Notes: generated by a model not told the origin, from the sequence alone. 36,912 bases of DNA from Candidatus Methanomethylicia archaeon (GCA_038845975.1 JAWBQF010000026.1:1-36912); one strand, 5' to 3'. Shown: positions 19,111 to 28,918, counted from the first letter of the stretch. Made by a program: numbers and translations.

Positions 19111-21885
19111 TTACTGTTCTTCAAATTTTTCTGTAAGTTTTTCTTTTACACTAGCACGTGCTGCTGCTAGTCTAGCTACTGCTACTCTAAATGGAGAGGC
19201 GCTAACATAGTCTAATCCTGCTTTATGACAGTATTCTATTGATCTTGGATCTCCGCCATGCTCACCGCAAATTCCCACTTCCAAGTTTGGATTTGCATTC
19301 TTTCCTAGTTTTACACATGTTTCAATAAGTTTAACAACTCCTTTTTCATCTAGTGTTTCGAATGGGTTTGATGGAAGTATGTTTAACTCTAGATATTGCG
19401 ACATGAACTTATTCTCAGCATCATCTCTACTGAAACTGAATGTTGCTTGTGTTAGGTCGTTTGTACCGAAGCTAAAGAAATCAGCTTCCCTAGCTATTTC
19501 ATCAGCTGTTAAGCATGACCTTACGGTTTCAATCATGGTCCCTATCTTTATAGGTATTTTAACTCCGTATTTAGCTTCAACATCGTTTAAGGCTGGAATT
19601 ATTGCTTTTGATTTAACAAATTTAATCTCATTAACATCACTTACATTTGGAATCATAATTTCCAAATATGGATTCATACCTTCAACTATTAGTTCAGCAG
19701 CTGCTTCAATCATAGCTCTACTTAAATAGTAATATATTTCTGGAAATGTAATTCCTACTCTAACTCCTCTATGCCCCATCATTGGATTAGCTTCTCTTAA
19801 AGCTTTAACTCTTCTATATAGTTGTTCAAGTTTTTCTACTGTATCTCTAGATTCACCCTTTACCTTCTTCTCATATATTTGTTCTAGTATTTCCTCTGGA
19901 GCTGGTAAGAATTCATGGAGAGGTGGATCTATTAATCTAATGATTACAGGTAGTCCATTCATGATTTCAAGTATTTGCTTGAAGTCTAGCTTAATCATTT
20001 GGTATAGTTTCTCTAAATGTTTAATTCTTTCATCTTTATTTTCAGCTAGAATAACTGCTCTTAGAACTTCAAGTCTCTCCGCCTTTCTAAACATTCTTTC
20101 AATTCTAAGTAGTCCCACTCCTTCAGCACCGAATTTTCTTGCTATTCTAGCATCTTCCGGTAAGTCAGCATTTGTTCTTACTCCAAGTCTTCTAATCTTA
20201 TCAGCCCATGAAAGCAGCTCGTTAAGCTCAGGAATTATTTCAGGTTCTACTGTAGGTACTTTGCCTATGTAAATGTTTCCTGTAGATCCATCGATTGTTA
20301 TCCAATCCCCCTCCTTAACCATAACATTATTAACTGTAAACATTCTCCCATCATAATCAACTCTTATACTTTCAGCTCCTACAACTGATGTTTTCCCTAT
20401 CGCTCTAGCAACTACAGCTGCATGAGATGTCATTCCCCCTCTAGCCGTCAATATTCCTACGGAAGCGTAGAATCCATGAATATCATCTGGTTTTGTCTCT
20501 ACTCTAACTAGAATTACCTTCCTCCCATTTCTAGCCCATTCCACAGCTGTATCCGGATCAAATACTACTTGTCCTGAAACCGCGCCTGGAGATGCTGGAA
20601 GCCCATTAGCTATCGGTTCAACCTTTACTTTAGGGTCTATTCTAGGATAAAGTAGGGAAACTATGTGTTGAGGCTCCACCTTCATTATAGCCTCCTCCAT
20701 ACTTATAATTCCCTCCTTAACCATATCTACAGCTGTCTTAACCCTAGCTAGAGGAGTCATTTTTCCAGCTCTTGTCTGGAGTAAATACAGTCTTCCATTT
20801 TCAACAGTAAACTCTATATCTTGAACTTCCCTATTTACTCTCTCTAGGAATTTAGCTGCCTTGTAGAGTTCATCATATATATTTGGAAAAAGCTCCCTAA
20901 GCTTCTCTATGGGATATGGAGTTCTAACACCTGCAACAACATCCTCTCCCTGAGCATTAGGTAGGAACTCACCGTAAAGCTTATTCTCACCTGTAGCTAC
21001 ATCCCTCGTAAATACTACACCAGTTCCACTATTCCAACCTATATTACCGAAAACCATAGCAACAATATTTACAGCTGTACTATCCGCTACTTCAGGCGTT
21101 ACTTTATTAGCTATCCTATAATATATAGCTCTAGGATTCATCCATGATCTGAAAACAGCTGAGATAGCTAGCTTTAGCTGTTCCCATGGATCTTGAGGGA
21201 ATCCTCCCTTCTCCTTTCTAATAACTTCTTTAAATACCTCTACAACCTCTTTAATACCCCCTAAAGGTAGTTCAACCTCATATTTAACACCATACTTCCT
21301 CTTAACCTCATCTAGACGATCAGTAAATAGCTTCTCATTAATTCCCAATACAATCTTACCGAACATCTGTATGAACCTTCTATAAGCATCATAGGCAAAC
21401 CATTCATTACCTGTTAGCTTAGCTAAGCCCTTAACTACATCATCGTTTAAACCTAGATTCAATATTGTATCCATCATGCCTGGCATAGATATAGGAGCAC
21501 CTGACCTAACAGATACAAGTAATGGATTATCTGAATCACCGAATTTCCTACCTATTCTCTCCTCAAGCTTAGCCATACATTCCCTAGTCTGCTCCATAAC
21601 TCCCTCAGGTAGGCTTAATGAATCTATTATCCTCCATATCTCAGCAATAATCTTATCCCTAATGGATGGTGGAGGATTCCTCTCCAATTCCTTAATAAAA
21701 GCATCTATCTTCTCTCTTACAGGCTTATAGAATTCTTTACATGCTTCAGTAGTTATTATGAATCCTACAGGTACTGGAAGTCCAAGCTGAGTCATCTGAG
21801 CTAATCCAGCCCCCTTCCCACCTAGTAGTTTCCTATTTTTCCAATTTCCCTCATCAAACATGTATACGTACTTCCTAGCTTCCAC
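19111..21885 (-). CDS. ppdK: Pyruvate, phosphate dikinase
   Basis: LLGGKGAGL, LVSVRSGA, NAQGEDVVAG, phospho-His motif GGMTSHAAVVAR, SFGTNDLTQ and GICGEHGGDP. Confidence 0.96.
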   Translation of the reverse strand: MEARKYVYMFDEGNWKNRKLLGGKGAGLAQMTQLGLPVPVGFIITTEACKEFYKPVREKIDAFIKELERNPPPSIRDKIIAEIWRIIDSLSLPEGVMEQTRECMAKLEERIGRKFGDSDNPLLVSVRSGAPISMPGMMDTILNLGLNDDVVKGLAKLTGNEWFAYDAYRRFIQMFGKIVLGINEKLFTDRLDEVKRKYGVKYEVELPLGGIKEVVEVFKEVIRKEKGGFPQDPWEQLKLAISAVFRSWMNPRAIYYRIANKVTPEVADSTAVNIVAMVFGNIGWNSGTGVVFTRDVATGENKLYGEFLPNAQGEDVVAGVRTPYPIEKLRELFPNIYDELYKAAKFLERVNREVQDIEFTVENGRLYLLQTRAGKMTPLARVKTAVDMVKEGIISMEEAIMKVEPQHIVSLLYPRIDPKVKVEPIANGLPASPGAVSGQVVFDPDTAVEWARNGRKVILVRVETKPDDIHGFYASVGILTARGGMTSHAAVVARAIGKTSVVGAESIRVDYDGRMFTVNNVMVKEGDWITIDGSTGNIYIGKVPTVEPEIIPELNELLSWADKIRRLGVRTNADLPEDARIARKFGAEGVGLLRIERMFRKAERLEVLRAVILAENKDERIKHLEKLYQMIKLDFKQILEIMNGLPVIIRLIDPPLHEFLPAPEEILEQIYEKKVKGESRDTVEKLEQLYRRVKALREANPMMGHRGVRVGITFPEIYYYLSRAMIEAAAELIVEGMNPYLEIMIPNVSDVNEIKFVKSKAIIPALNDVEAKYGVKIPIKIGTMIETVRSCLTADEIAREADFFSFGTNDLTQATFSFSRDDAENKFMSQYLELNILPSNPFETLDEKGVVKLIETCVKLGKNANPNLEVGICGEHGGDPRSIEYCHKAGLDYVSASPFRVAVARLAAARASVKEKLTEKFEEQ

Positions 21886-22212
21886 CTATATTGCACCTCA
21901 TTGTTTAGCTTCTATCCTATAGCTATATTAACTTATATATCTTACTATCAATCAAATTTACAATTTAAGATAAAGTTTATTATACTGAGCTGTCATGTTA
22001 ACTACTTAATGATAGGAACCTAGCAACCAATGGGAATACTTGTTTCCACCACAATGTTTAACAATTCATTAATGCTACATATCCTAATATTTCTATATTA
22101 CCTCATAATTATTATCTCATTTTCCTAAACTTCATTTTTCATCTGTAGCTATTCTAGAATTCTGATGATTTACATTTATCCATATTAAGCTTATTTATTC
22201 ATTTACAAACAA

Positions 22213-22265
22213 TCCTCTAGAAACCTACAATCAGATAATGCTAGCTCCCCAAACATCTAATATAG
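22213..22265 (+). repeat. 53-bp perfect inverted repeat, left arm
   Basis: Exact reverse complement of 23038-23090. Confidence 0.95.
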
Positions 22266-22267
22266 GG

Positions 22268-22294
22268 TGAAGGAATCATTAAATGATTCCTTCA
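22268..22294. repeat. Perfect 13-1-13 palindrome
   Basis: TGAAGGAATCATT-A-AATGATTCCTTCA. Confidence 0.9.
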
Positions 22295-22463
22295 TAGTTA
22301 ACAACATTTACAAGAACAATAGTTTAAGGTATAGAAATTTTACAATGAATTTAAGATTATCATAGCTAATATATAACTCTCATTAATTTAATAGTTCATT
22401 AATGATAACTACATAGAACCTATTAAGGAACATAATGAGATTAAAATAAAAATTAATTGAGAT

Positions 22464-22886
22464 TTAAGCTATCCTCTTTCCTGCGTTTGGTCCAGGAGAT
22501 TGATCATATACTTCCAGAGGTTCTAAAATCCATACACCATTTATTTTGAAGCCCATTCTCTTAAGTACTTCATTAACCCCCTCATATATAGGACCTGATG
22601 TTTCAAAGCTTTTTACCCTACATCTTACTTGATACCCTAGAAACTGCATTTTTTCCGGTACAGCTTTAACTACTAGTGTTGAAATCTTCTCACCTGTTTC
22701 TCTTGCTTTAATAAGGTTTTCATGGGATTCTCTCATAAATATAGCAGCTAGAACAATAGTATTTGAGTCAGGCGCACTCATAGATCCTACTGGTATTACA
22801 TGTAGTAAATCTCCAGTTTTTGTAGCAAGAACTTTAATAGCTGAAAAATCATTAAATAGATCCTGAACATATTTAGGTAGAGGCAT
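22464..22886 (-). CDS. Pyridoxamine 5'-phosphate oxidase-like (split-barrel flavin-binding) protein
   Basis: KVLAT, GYQV, ETSGPIYE and C-terminal EVYDQSPGPNAGKRI motifs. Confidence 0.8.
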   Translation of the reverse strand: MPLPKYVQDLFNDFSAIKVLATKTGDLLHVIPVGSMSAPDSNTIVLAAIFMRESHENLIKARETGEKISTLVVKAVPEKMQFLGYQVRCRVKSFETSGPIYEGVNEVLKRMGFKINGVWILEPLEVYDQSPGPNAGKRIA

Positions 22887-23037
22887 ACGAATAATATTTA
22901 GGTAAAGTTCTATATAAATCTTTACATTAAAAATCCGGACCTGGTAACCTAATAAGTTACATAAATTCTGTTATGTTAACATTGGAAGTTTTTAGAGAGG
23001 AATAGGGCTTCGTTAAAGTTAATATTCTAGTATAATT

Positions 23038-23090
23038 CTATATTAGATGTTTGGGGAGCTAGCATTATCTGATTGTAGGTTTCTAGAGGA
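23038..23090 (-). repeat. 53-bp perfect inverted repeat, right arm
   Basis: CTATATTAGATGTTTGGGGAGCTAGCATTATCTGATTGTAGGTTTCTAGAGGA. Confidence 0.95.
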
Positions 23091-23614
23091 CGCTTTCTTG
23101 TATATATCTTCTTATTAAGCTTTAAATATCTTCCATGCTTAAGCTTATTCCTGGTTGATGTCTATGTTTACTTTTACTTCCATATGCTAAATAAACTCAC
23201 AAACTCTTAATCTAGGTAATTGTAAACTATTAAATCTCAAAATACACGGCATTTCTAAGTTTAGAATGGAATTCATTTGAATTCTATTAAGTTCTAAGTT
23301 TACTTCTTAAATTATTAGATTATTCTAGCTTATTTAGTAAGTTTAGTCACTCCTTATAGTGTATTTATAAGTTATTGAAATCTGAGAGAAGGATGCTTTA
23401 GCTCTTGATGAACTATATGTTTAAGTCTTATTGATGTGTTTATTTATTAAATTTGTAGTTGTAAACATTAAGATATTAGTACAACATCATATTTAGCGAA
23501 TATGTGGAAAATTATGTAGGTTAATATAGCCTATTAATAGACAAGTAGACTGCTTAGTAGAATCTTAGTTTAATATGAAATATAAAAAGGATGTAAAGTT
23601 GCTTAGTTAATGGT

Positions 23615-24586
23615 TTATAAAGCTGCTTTTTCAAGTTTCTCAACGAATTGAGGGAAAAGCTTGAATAGAGGATGTGTTTTCTCTTTTGGTTTTATTCCGA
23701 GCTCAACCCAAGAGCTAGCTGCAATCATAGCATTAACGACAGCGCATGCTGGAAATATCCATGATGCGGATTCGATTACTCCATATAGTAGGAAATCTGT
23801 ACCTGTGATGAGTGATGATGCTTGTACTGCTGCATCACATGCCTTAAATATATCTACTCCCCAATTTTTAATAGCTTCTTTCTTCCATACTGTTGTTGCA
23901 TTTCCAGGCGCTCCGCCAACGGGTAGTCCAAGTTCATCTTTAACTAGGAATGATGCTTTTGCACCTACTCCAATGCTTGGAACGTATGTGAATAATGTTG
24001 TATCTATTAATGGTTTATCTACATGTGCTTCTTCAGCTATTGATAGTAGTCCCTTAATTCCATTTCCACCCTTAAGAAGGGAAATAACTCCTTTTGGGGT
24101 ACGATCCTTAGTATTGTATGCTAGTAATATCGCGGATCTTATTTTAGAGTCTCTTACAGTATCTATTTCTTCAGGTTTAAACCATGGACTTGGCATGATG
24201 CTATTGTATACAGCTCTATCTGATAATCCTATTTCAGCTACATGTTTAGCACCTGCAATTCTAGCTTCAGCTGTCATGGCATCTATGAGGAAGGGTGTAT
24301 CTGTTACTTCAGCTACGAAATCGATAAATTTAATCATTGACTTGTCGGTTACACCAACAACATCAAGCATACATGGTAATCCGAAATTATCTGATAGCTC
24401 ATCCTGTTTAAGAATAAGCTTTTTAGCCTCCTCCTTATTAAATACGCCTTCCTTATGGTCTTGAACTATCTTATGGCCAGTATAGAATATTGTACCGATA
24501 AGAACTGTAGGATTCTCCCCCGGCTGTCCTCCAATCTTTACTTTACCGATTTGAAATGTTTTCTGTTCAGATTTAAACTTAAACAT
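23615..24586 (-). CDS. mtrH: MtrH-family corrinoid:pterin (H4MPT/H4F) methyltransferase, stand-alone
   Basis: MFKFKSEQK..IGGQPGENPTVLIGTIFY, PFLID, YNSI, DFLLYG and HPL motifs. No other mtr subunit genes in the window. Confidence 0.9.
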   Translation of the reverse strand: MFKFKSEQKTFQIGKVKIGGQPGENPTVLIGTIFYTGHKIVQDHKEGVFNKEEAKKLILKQDELSDNFGLPCMLDVVGVTDKSMIKFIDFVAEVTDTPFLIDAMTAEARIAGAKHVAEIGLSDRAVYNSIMPSPWFKPEEIDTVRDSKIRSAILLAYNTKDRTPKGVISLLKGGNGIKGLLSIAEEAHVDKPLIDTTLFTYVPSIGVGAKASFLVKDELGLPVGGAPGNATTVWKKEAIKNWGVDIFKACDAAVQASSLITGTDFLLYGVIESASWIFPACAVVNAMIAASSWVELGIKPKEKTHPLFKLFPQFVEKLEKAAL

Positions 24587-24594
24587 TTATTCAC

Positions 24595-24834
24595 CTATTC
24601 TTCAGGGAACTCTTTTTTGAGGAACTCATCTTTAATGAAGTTTAGAAGCTGCTCTAATTCCTCTTTGTAGAGAACAACCTTATCTGGTGGAAGACTTCTT
24701 CTATCTTCGCCACGTATTATTCTATATAGGATGTCTGCCTTTTCTCCTTCACCTACCTTTTCTATCCTGATTTTTAAGCTATCCCCTATTTTACTTTTTA
24801 TTGTATATTCCTTTATTTTTAATGGTAAACCCAT
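24595..24834 (-). CDS. Hypothetical 79-aa protein
   Basis: Its ATG directly follows the upstream TAA, and its stop overlaps the GGTGA RBS of mtrH. Confidence 0.8.
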   Translation of the reverse strand: MGLPLKIKEYTIKSKIGDSLKIRIEKVGEGEKADILYRIIRGEDRRSLPPDKVVLYKEELEQLLNFIKDEFLKKEFPEE

Positions 24835-26013
24835 TTAGACACCACCTCTTAATTCTCTCGGTACCCATTCATCAACGCTAACCCCCTCCTTAACCCATGG
24901 TGGTGGAGAACCATATTCAATAACAGCATTTACGTATGCTCTTATATGTTCTGTTGGGGTTTGTATCCAGATATCACATCCAGGATTAACTATATCGCAT
25001 CCACTATCTATTGCTCTCTTAACTCTATCTCTTATCTTCTCTACAGGTCCCTCAAATAGAACGGCGAAGGCGCTTAGATTTCCACCTATTGGGAATCTAG
25101 GTCCCTTAAGTTTATTAGCGATTCTTCTTGTTTCAATCATGGGTGTCGCCTCCTCAACTATAAAAGCATCAGCATCACATTCTATAAGTCCGCTTATATT
25201 CTCCACAATTGCATCCCCCTTCTTAGACCATAGCTCACCACAACAGTGGAGAATTACTTTTCCATATTTTCTTGCTTGAGCTATAGACTCTTTAAGGTAA
25301 GGCTGAACAAATACACGGAAAGTTTCTGGCTTTATGTTTGCAAGTGATGAAGCCTCCTCCCTATAGGTAACAATATCAGCTCCAGCTTCAAAATATGCAA
25401 TAGCAACCTCAGTAAATAATGGATTAAGAGTCTTCATGAATTCATGAACTGTTCCAGGTTCACTTCTCACGTATTTATACCATGTAGCTGTATCTACAAC
25501 ATATCCACCAATAGCTTGCCATGGGTAATCTATACTAGCAACTACAGGAACTTTCCCACCATATTTCTCCTTTAAAATTTTAATTGCCTTACATACAACT
25601 GGAACCCTCCCAAGTTCCCTCATTTTTTCTGGTTTATCTGGAATTTTAAGATCATTTACCTTTTTAACCCAGTATTTCCTAACTGAGGGCCATTTTATCT
25701 TACCCTCAAAGAAATCCAACTCAATACCTAACGCTTCCACTTCAAGTGTTAATTCAAACGGAACTATAACATTCTCTAAACCGGTAAGTTCATGAAGAGC
25801 TGAACCAAGCCTAGCCATTTTCTCAGGATCCTTATGAGCTTCAGGCCAGTATGCATCAAAAACCTCCATTCCCTCAATAGTATAAGCAGCAATAACAGAG
25901 CATGCTGGAATCCTATCAATACTATCCTTCTTCCAATTAAGTATGGCCATTAACCTCTCGTAGGGAGACATTTCATCTTTAGGATGGATTTTATATTTTT
26001 GCATAAATATCAT
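24835..26013 (-). CDS. MtaA/CmuA-family (UroD-fold) methyltransferase, copy 2
   Basis: YWPEAHKDPEKMARLG, VPFELTLEVEALG, ILHCCG and NPGCD (H-x-C...C zinc-ligand pattern). Confidence 0.9.
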   Translation of the reverse strand: MIFMQKYKIHPKDEMSPYERLMAILNWKKDSIDRIPACSVIAAYTIEGMEVFDAYWPEAHKDPEKMARLGSALHELTGLENVIVPFELTLEVEALGIELDFFEGKIKWPSVRKYWVKKVNDLKIPDKPEKMRELGRVPVVCKAIKILKEKYGGKVPVVASIDYPWQAIGGYVVDTATWYKYVRSEPGTVHEFMKTLNPLFTEVAIAYFEAGADIVTYREEASSLANIKPETFRVFVQPYLKESIAQARKYGKVILHCCGELWSKKGDAIVENISGLIECDADAFIVEEATPMIETRRIANKLKGPRFPIGGNLSAFAVLFEGPVEKIRDRVKRAIDSGCDIVNPGCDIWIQTPTEHIRAYVNAVIEYGSPPPWVKEGVSVDEWVPRELRGGV

Positions 26014-26162
26014 TATTTAACTCTCCTAAAACCTATAAACTTAACTATCGGATAACTTATCCAATTGAATACTGTAAATTAAAAACTCATGGCCTATAAT
26101 TTAATTCTCTCCCTATTTGTATTTTTTACTATTTAAAGCAGCTTTTTAGGATAACATATTTA

Positions 26163-26176
26163 GAAAAATATATAAA
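26163..26176 (+). promoter_or_regulatory. Putative BRE/TATA promoter of the corrinoid-protein operon
   Basis: GAAAAATATATAAA about 30 bp upstream of ATG 26206. Confidence 0.5.
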
Positions 26177-26205
26177 TCCCTTCCCCTAAATAAGCTGGGT
26201 TCTGT

Positions 26206-26886
26206 ATGTCTTCTAGGGAGGAAGTCTTAAATAAGCTTGCTGAAGCTGTTATTAATGGTGATACTGAGTTAGCTAAGAGTATGGCTGAAGAGGCTTTAAA
26301 AATTGGTATTGAGCCTTGGATAGCTATTACTCAAGGATTAGCTGCAGGCATGAAGGTTGTAGGTGATAAATATGAAGCTAAAGAATACTTCCTACCCGAA
26401 GTTCTGATGTCCGCGGATGCTATGTATGCTGGTCTCGATGTTCTACTTCCACATTTAAAAGCTGGAGAAGCAGGTGTTAGAGGAAAAATTGTTTTAGGAG
26501 TTGTTGAGGGAGATATACATGATATTGGTAAAAACATCGTTAAGGCAATGCTTACAGCAGCAGGATTTGAAGTTATAGATGCTGGAAGAGATGTACCCGT
26601 ACAGAAATTTGTTGAGCTTGTTGAGAAGGAGGGAGCTCATGTACTGGGAATGTCCACAATGATGACTCCTACACTTCTATCAATGAAGAGAGTTGAGGAA
26701 ATTCTAAGGCAGAGAGGACTTAAAGAAAGAGTAAAGACAATAATAGGTGGAGGAACTGTAACCGATGAGTATAGAGAAAGAATAGGGTCTGATGCTTACG
26801 GTAAGGATGCTGTAGAAGCAGTAGATAAGGTAAAAATGCTCATCCAATCAATACTTGCAGCTGCTGAACTGGTAAAGAAGGAATAA
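26206..26886 (+). CDS. Methyltransferase corrinoid protein (MtaC/MtbC-like)
   Basis: EYFLPE cap domain, B12-binding GDIHDIGKNIV, GMS and IIGG motifs. Confidence 0.94.
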   Translation: MSSREEVLNKLAEAVINGDTELAKSMAEEALKIGIEPWIAITQGLAAGMKVVGDKYEAKEYFLPEVLMSADAMYAGLDVLLPHLKAGEAGVRGKIVLGVVEGDIHDIGKNIVKAMLTAAGFEVIDAGRDVPVQKFVELVEKEGAHVLGMSTMMTPTLLSMKRVEEILRQRGLKERVKTIIGGGTVTDEYRERIGSDAYGKDAVEAVDKVKMLIQSILAAAELVKKE

Positions 26887-26914
26887 AACAATTCACCTTT
26901 TTTTTGGTGATTTT

Positions 26915-28918
26915 ATGGCTTTAGAAAGAGAGGTTAAGCTTCGTGAAGATGAAACTATAGTTGTCTTCCAACCCTACGGAAGAAGGGATATATTCAAAAA
27001 GGGCGTAAATCTACTTGAAGCTGCTAAAAGACTTGGAGTTGATATTTCATCAATATGTGGTGGTAGAGGACTATGCGGTAAATGTAAGGTTAAAGTTATT
27101 AAGGGATATGAGCATCTAAACCCGCTTCAAGAATCTGAAAAGAAATTTCTAACTGGGGAAGAAATGAAGGAGGGATATAGACTTGCATGTCTCGCACAAT
27201 CATATGCTCCATTTGAAGCTATAATCTTCGTGCCTGAGAGAAGTAGAGTTGGTAAGCAGCGTCTACAAACAGAAGGAATTGAAGTTCCTGTTAAGAGACT
27301 GAATCCAGCTATTAGGAAATATTTTGTAAAGATGAAGCCACCAACATTAGAGGATGCAACATACGATGATGAAAGAGTATTAAGAGCATTAGCTGAACAG
27401 CACGGTATAGTTAATGTTGACTTCGACTGGTATACATTAAGAACTCTTCCTAAAATATTAAGGGATGCTAACTGGGAGGTTACCGTAGTTCTATGGAAGA
27501 ATAAGATAATAGCTGTAGAGCCTGGAGATACTACAAGTAGATGTTTCGGTTTTGCATGTGATATTGGAAGTACAAAGCTTGCAGGGTTCCTAATGGATCT
27601 AAATACGGGAAAAGTTGTTTCAGTAGCTGCAAGAATGAATCCTCAAATACCGTATGGAGAGGATATTTTAACTAGATTAACATACGTATTGTTTAATGAG
27701 TGGAAGGGACTTGAAGATCTACAGAAAGCTGTTGTTGGAGGTATTAATGAAATGATAGATGAATGCTGTCAGAAAGCAAATGTTAAGCCTGAGGAAATAT
27801 ATGAAACAGTATTTGTAGGAAATACTGCAATGATGATGTACTTCCTTAAAATATGGCCTGAATACGTAGCTAAAGCCCCATACCAACCTCCCAGACTATC
27901 AGGAGTTGATCTTCCAGCTAGAGAAATAGGAGTTAAATCTCATCCTAATGCTAACCTTTACTATCTAGATACTATTGGTGGATGGGTTGGTGCAGATAAT
28001 GTTGCAAACATGGTAGTGACTAAGCTATTTGAATCTAATGAGCTTGGAATGTGTATTGATGTGGGAACAAATACTGAAATAGGTATCGGATGTAGAGAAA
28101 TGGGCGGTGTACTATATAGCTCCTGTGCTTCAGGACCTGCTTTTGAAGGCATGATGATTAAGTATGGTATGAGAGCTGCTGACGGTGCAATAGAGAAGAT
28201 AACAATAGATCCTGAAACATTAGAGCCTATTTATAGAGTTATTGGTGATGTTAAGCCTGTAGGTATATGTGGATCAGGAATCGTTGATATAATGGCTGAA
28301 ATGTTCAAGTCAGGAATAATAGATTGGAGGGGAAGATTCAATACGAAGCTTAGTGAGAAGACTAAGAGAATAAGAAAAGGACCTGATGGAATATGGGAAT
28401 ATGTTATTGCATGGAAGGAGGAAACAGCAACTAAAGAACATGATATTGTATTCACACATAACGATGTTAGAGAGATTCAGAAGGCTAAAGCAGCAATACA
28501 TACAGCCGCTTCAGTATTATGTAAACTACATAACGTAACGGAAATGGATATAAAAGTTCTATATGTTGCAGGAGCATTCGGAAACTATCTTGACCCTGAA
28601 AACACTAGAACAATAGGTATGTATCCTGAAGTTCCCATAGAGAGAATTAAATTCATAGGAAACTCAGCTGGTACAGGTGCACGTATGGCTTTAATCTCTA
28701 TCGATGAAAGAGAATATATAACCAGGGCTATAAAAGAAGGAAAAATAAAACATTATGAAATATCATCATATCCTAAATTCTACGACGAATATCTTGCATC
28801 AACATATATTCCACATAAAGACCTAAATAGATATCCAATAACAATCGAACTGATCAAAAGACTTGGTACACATCCAGAAATAGAAGAAGAATTAAGAAAA
28901 CAACAAACTATAAAATAA
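26915..28918 (+). CDS. ASKHA-domain reductive activator of corrinoid proteins (RACo/DUF4445), copy 2
   Basis: Same 2Fe-2S and ASKHA motifs as copy 1; GGTGA RBS at 26906-26910. Confidence 0.93.
   Translation: MALEREVKLREDETIVVFQPYGRRDIFKKGVNLLEAAKRLGVDISSICGGRGLCGKCKVKVIKGYEHLNPLQESEKKFLTGEEMKEGYRLACLAQSYAPFEAIIFVPERSRVGKQRLQTEGIEVPVKRLNPAIRKYFVKMKPPTLEDATYDDERVLRALAEQHGIVNVDFDWYTLRTLPKILRDANWEVTVVLWKNKIIAVEPGDTTSRCFGFACDIGSTKLAGFLMDLNTGKVVSVAARMNPQIPYGEDILTRLTYVLFNEWKGLEDLQKAVVGGINEMIDECCQKANVKPEEIYETVFVGNTAMMMYFLKIWPEYVAKAPYQPPRLSGVDLPAREIGVKSHPNANLYYLDTIGGWVGADNVANMVVTKLFESNELGMCIDVGTNTEIGIGCREMGGVLYSSCASGPAFEGMMIKYGMRAADGAIEKITIDPETLEPIYRVIGDVKPVGICGSGIVDIMAEMFKSGIIDWRGRFNTKLSEKTKRIRKGPDGIWEYVIAWKEETATKEHDIVFTHNDVREIQKAKAAIHTAASVLCKLHNVTEMDIKVLYVAGAFGNYLDPENTRTIGMYPEVPIERIKFIGNSAGTGARMALISIDEREYITRAIKEGKIKHYEISSYPKFYDEYLASTYIPHKDLNRYPITIELIKRLGTHPEIEEELRKQQTIK

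Noticed and set aside
23005-23020. GGGCTTCGTTAAAGTT as another IS6 TIR
   Set aside because: Only a partial match to the type A TIR, with no partner end or transposase remnant found.
23661-24464. 267-aa plus-strand ORF
   Set aside because: Antisense shadow of mtrH, Ser/Ala-rich with no motifs. The same applies to shadow ORFs inside lhr, AOR, both activators, ppdK and the flavodoxin gene.
23615-24586. mtrH as proof of methanogenesis
   Set aside because: Stand-alone MtrH homologs occur in non-methanogens, and mtrA-G and mcr are absent from this window.
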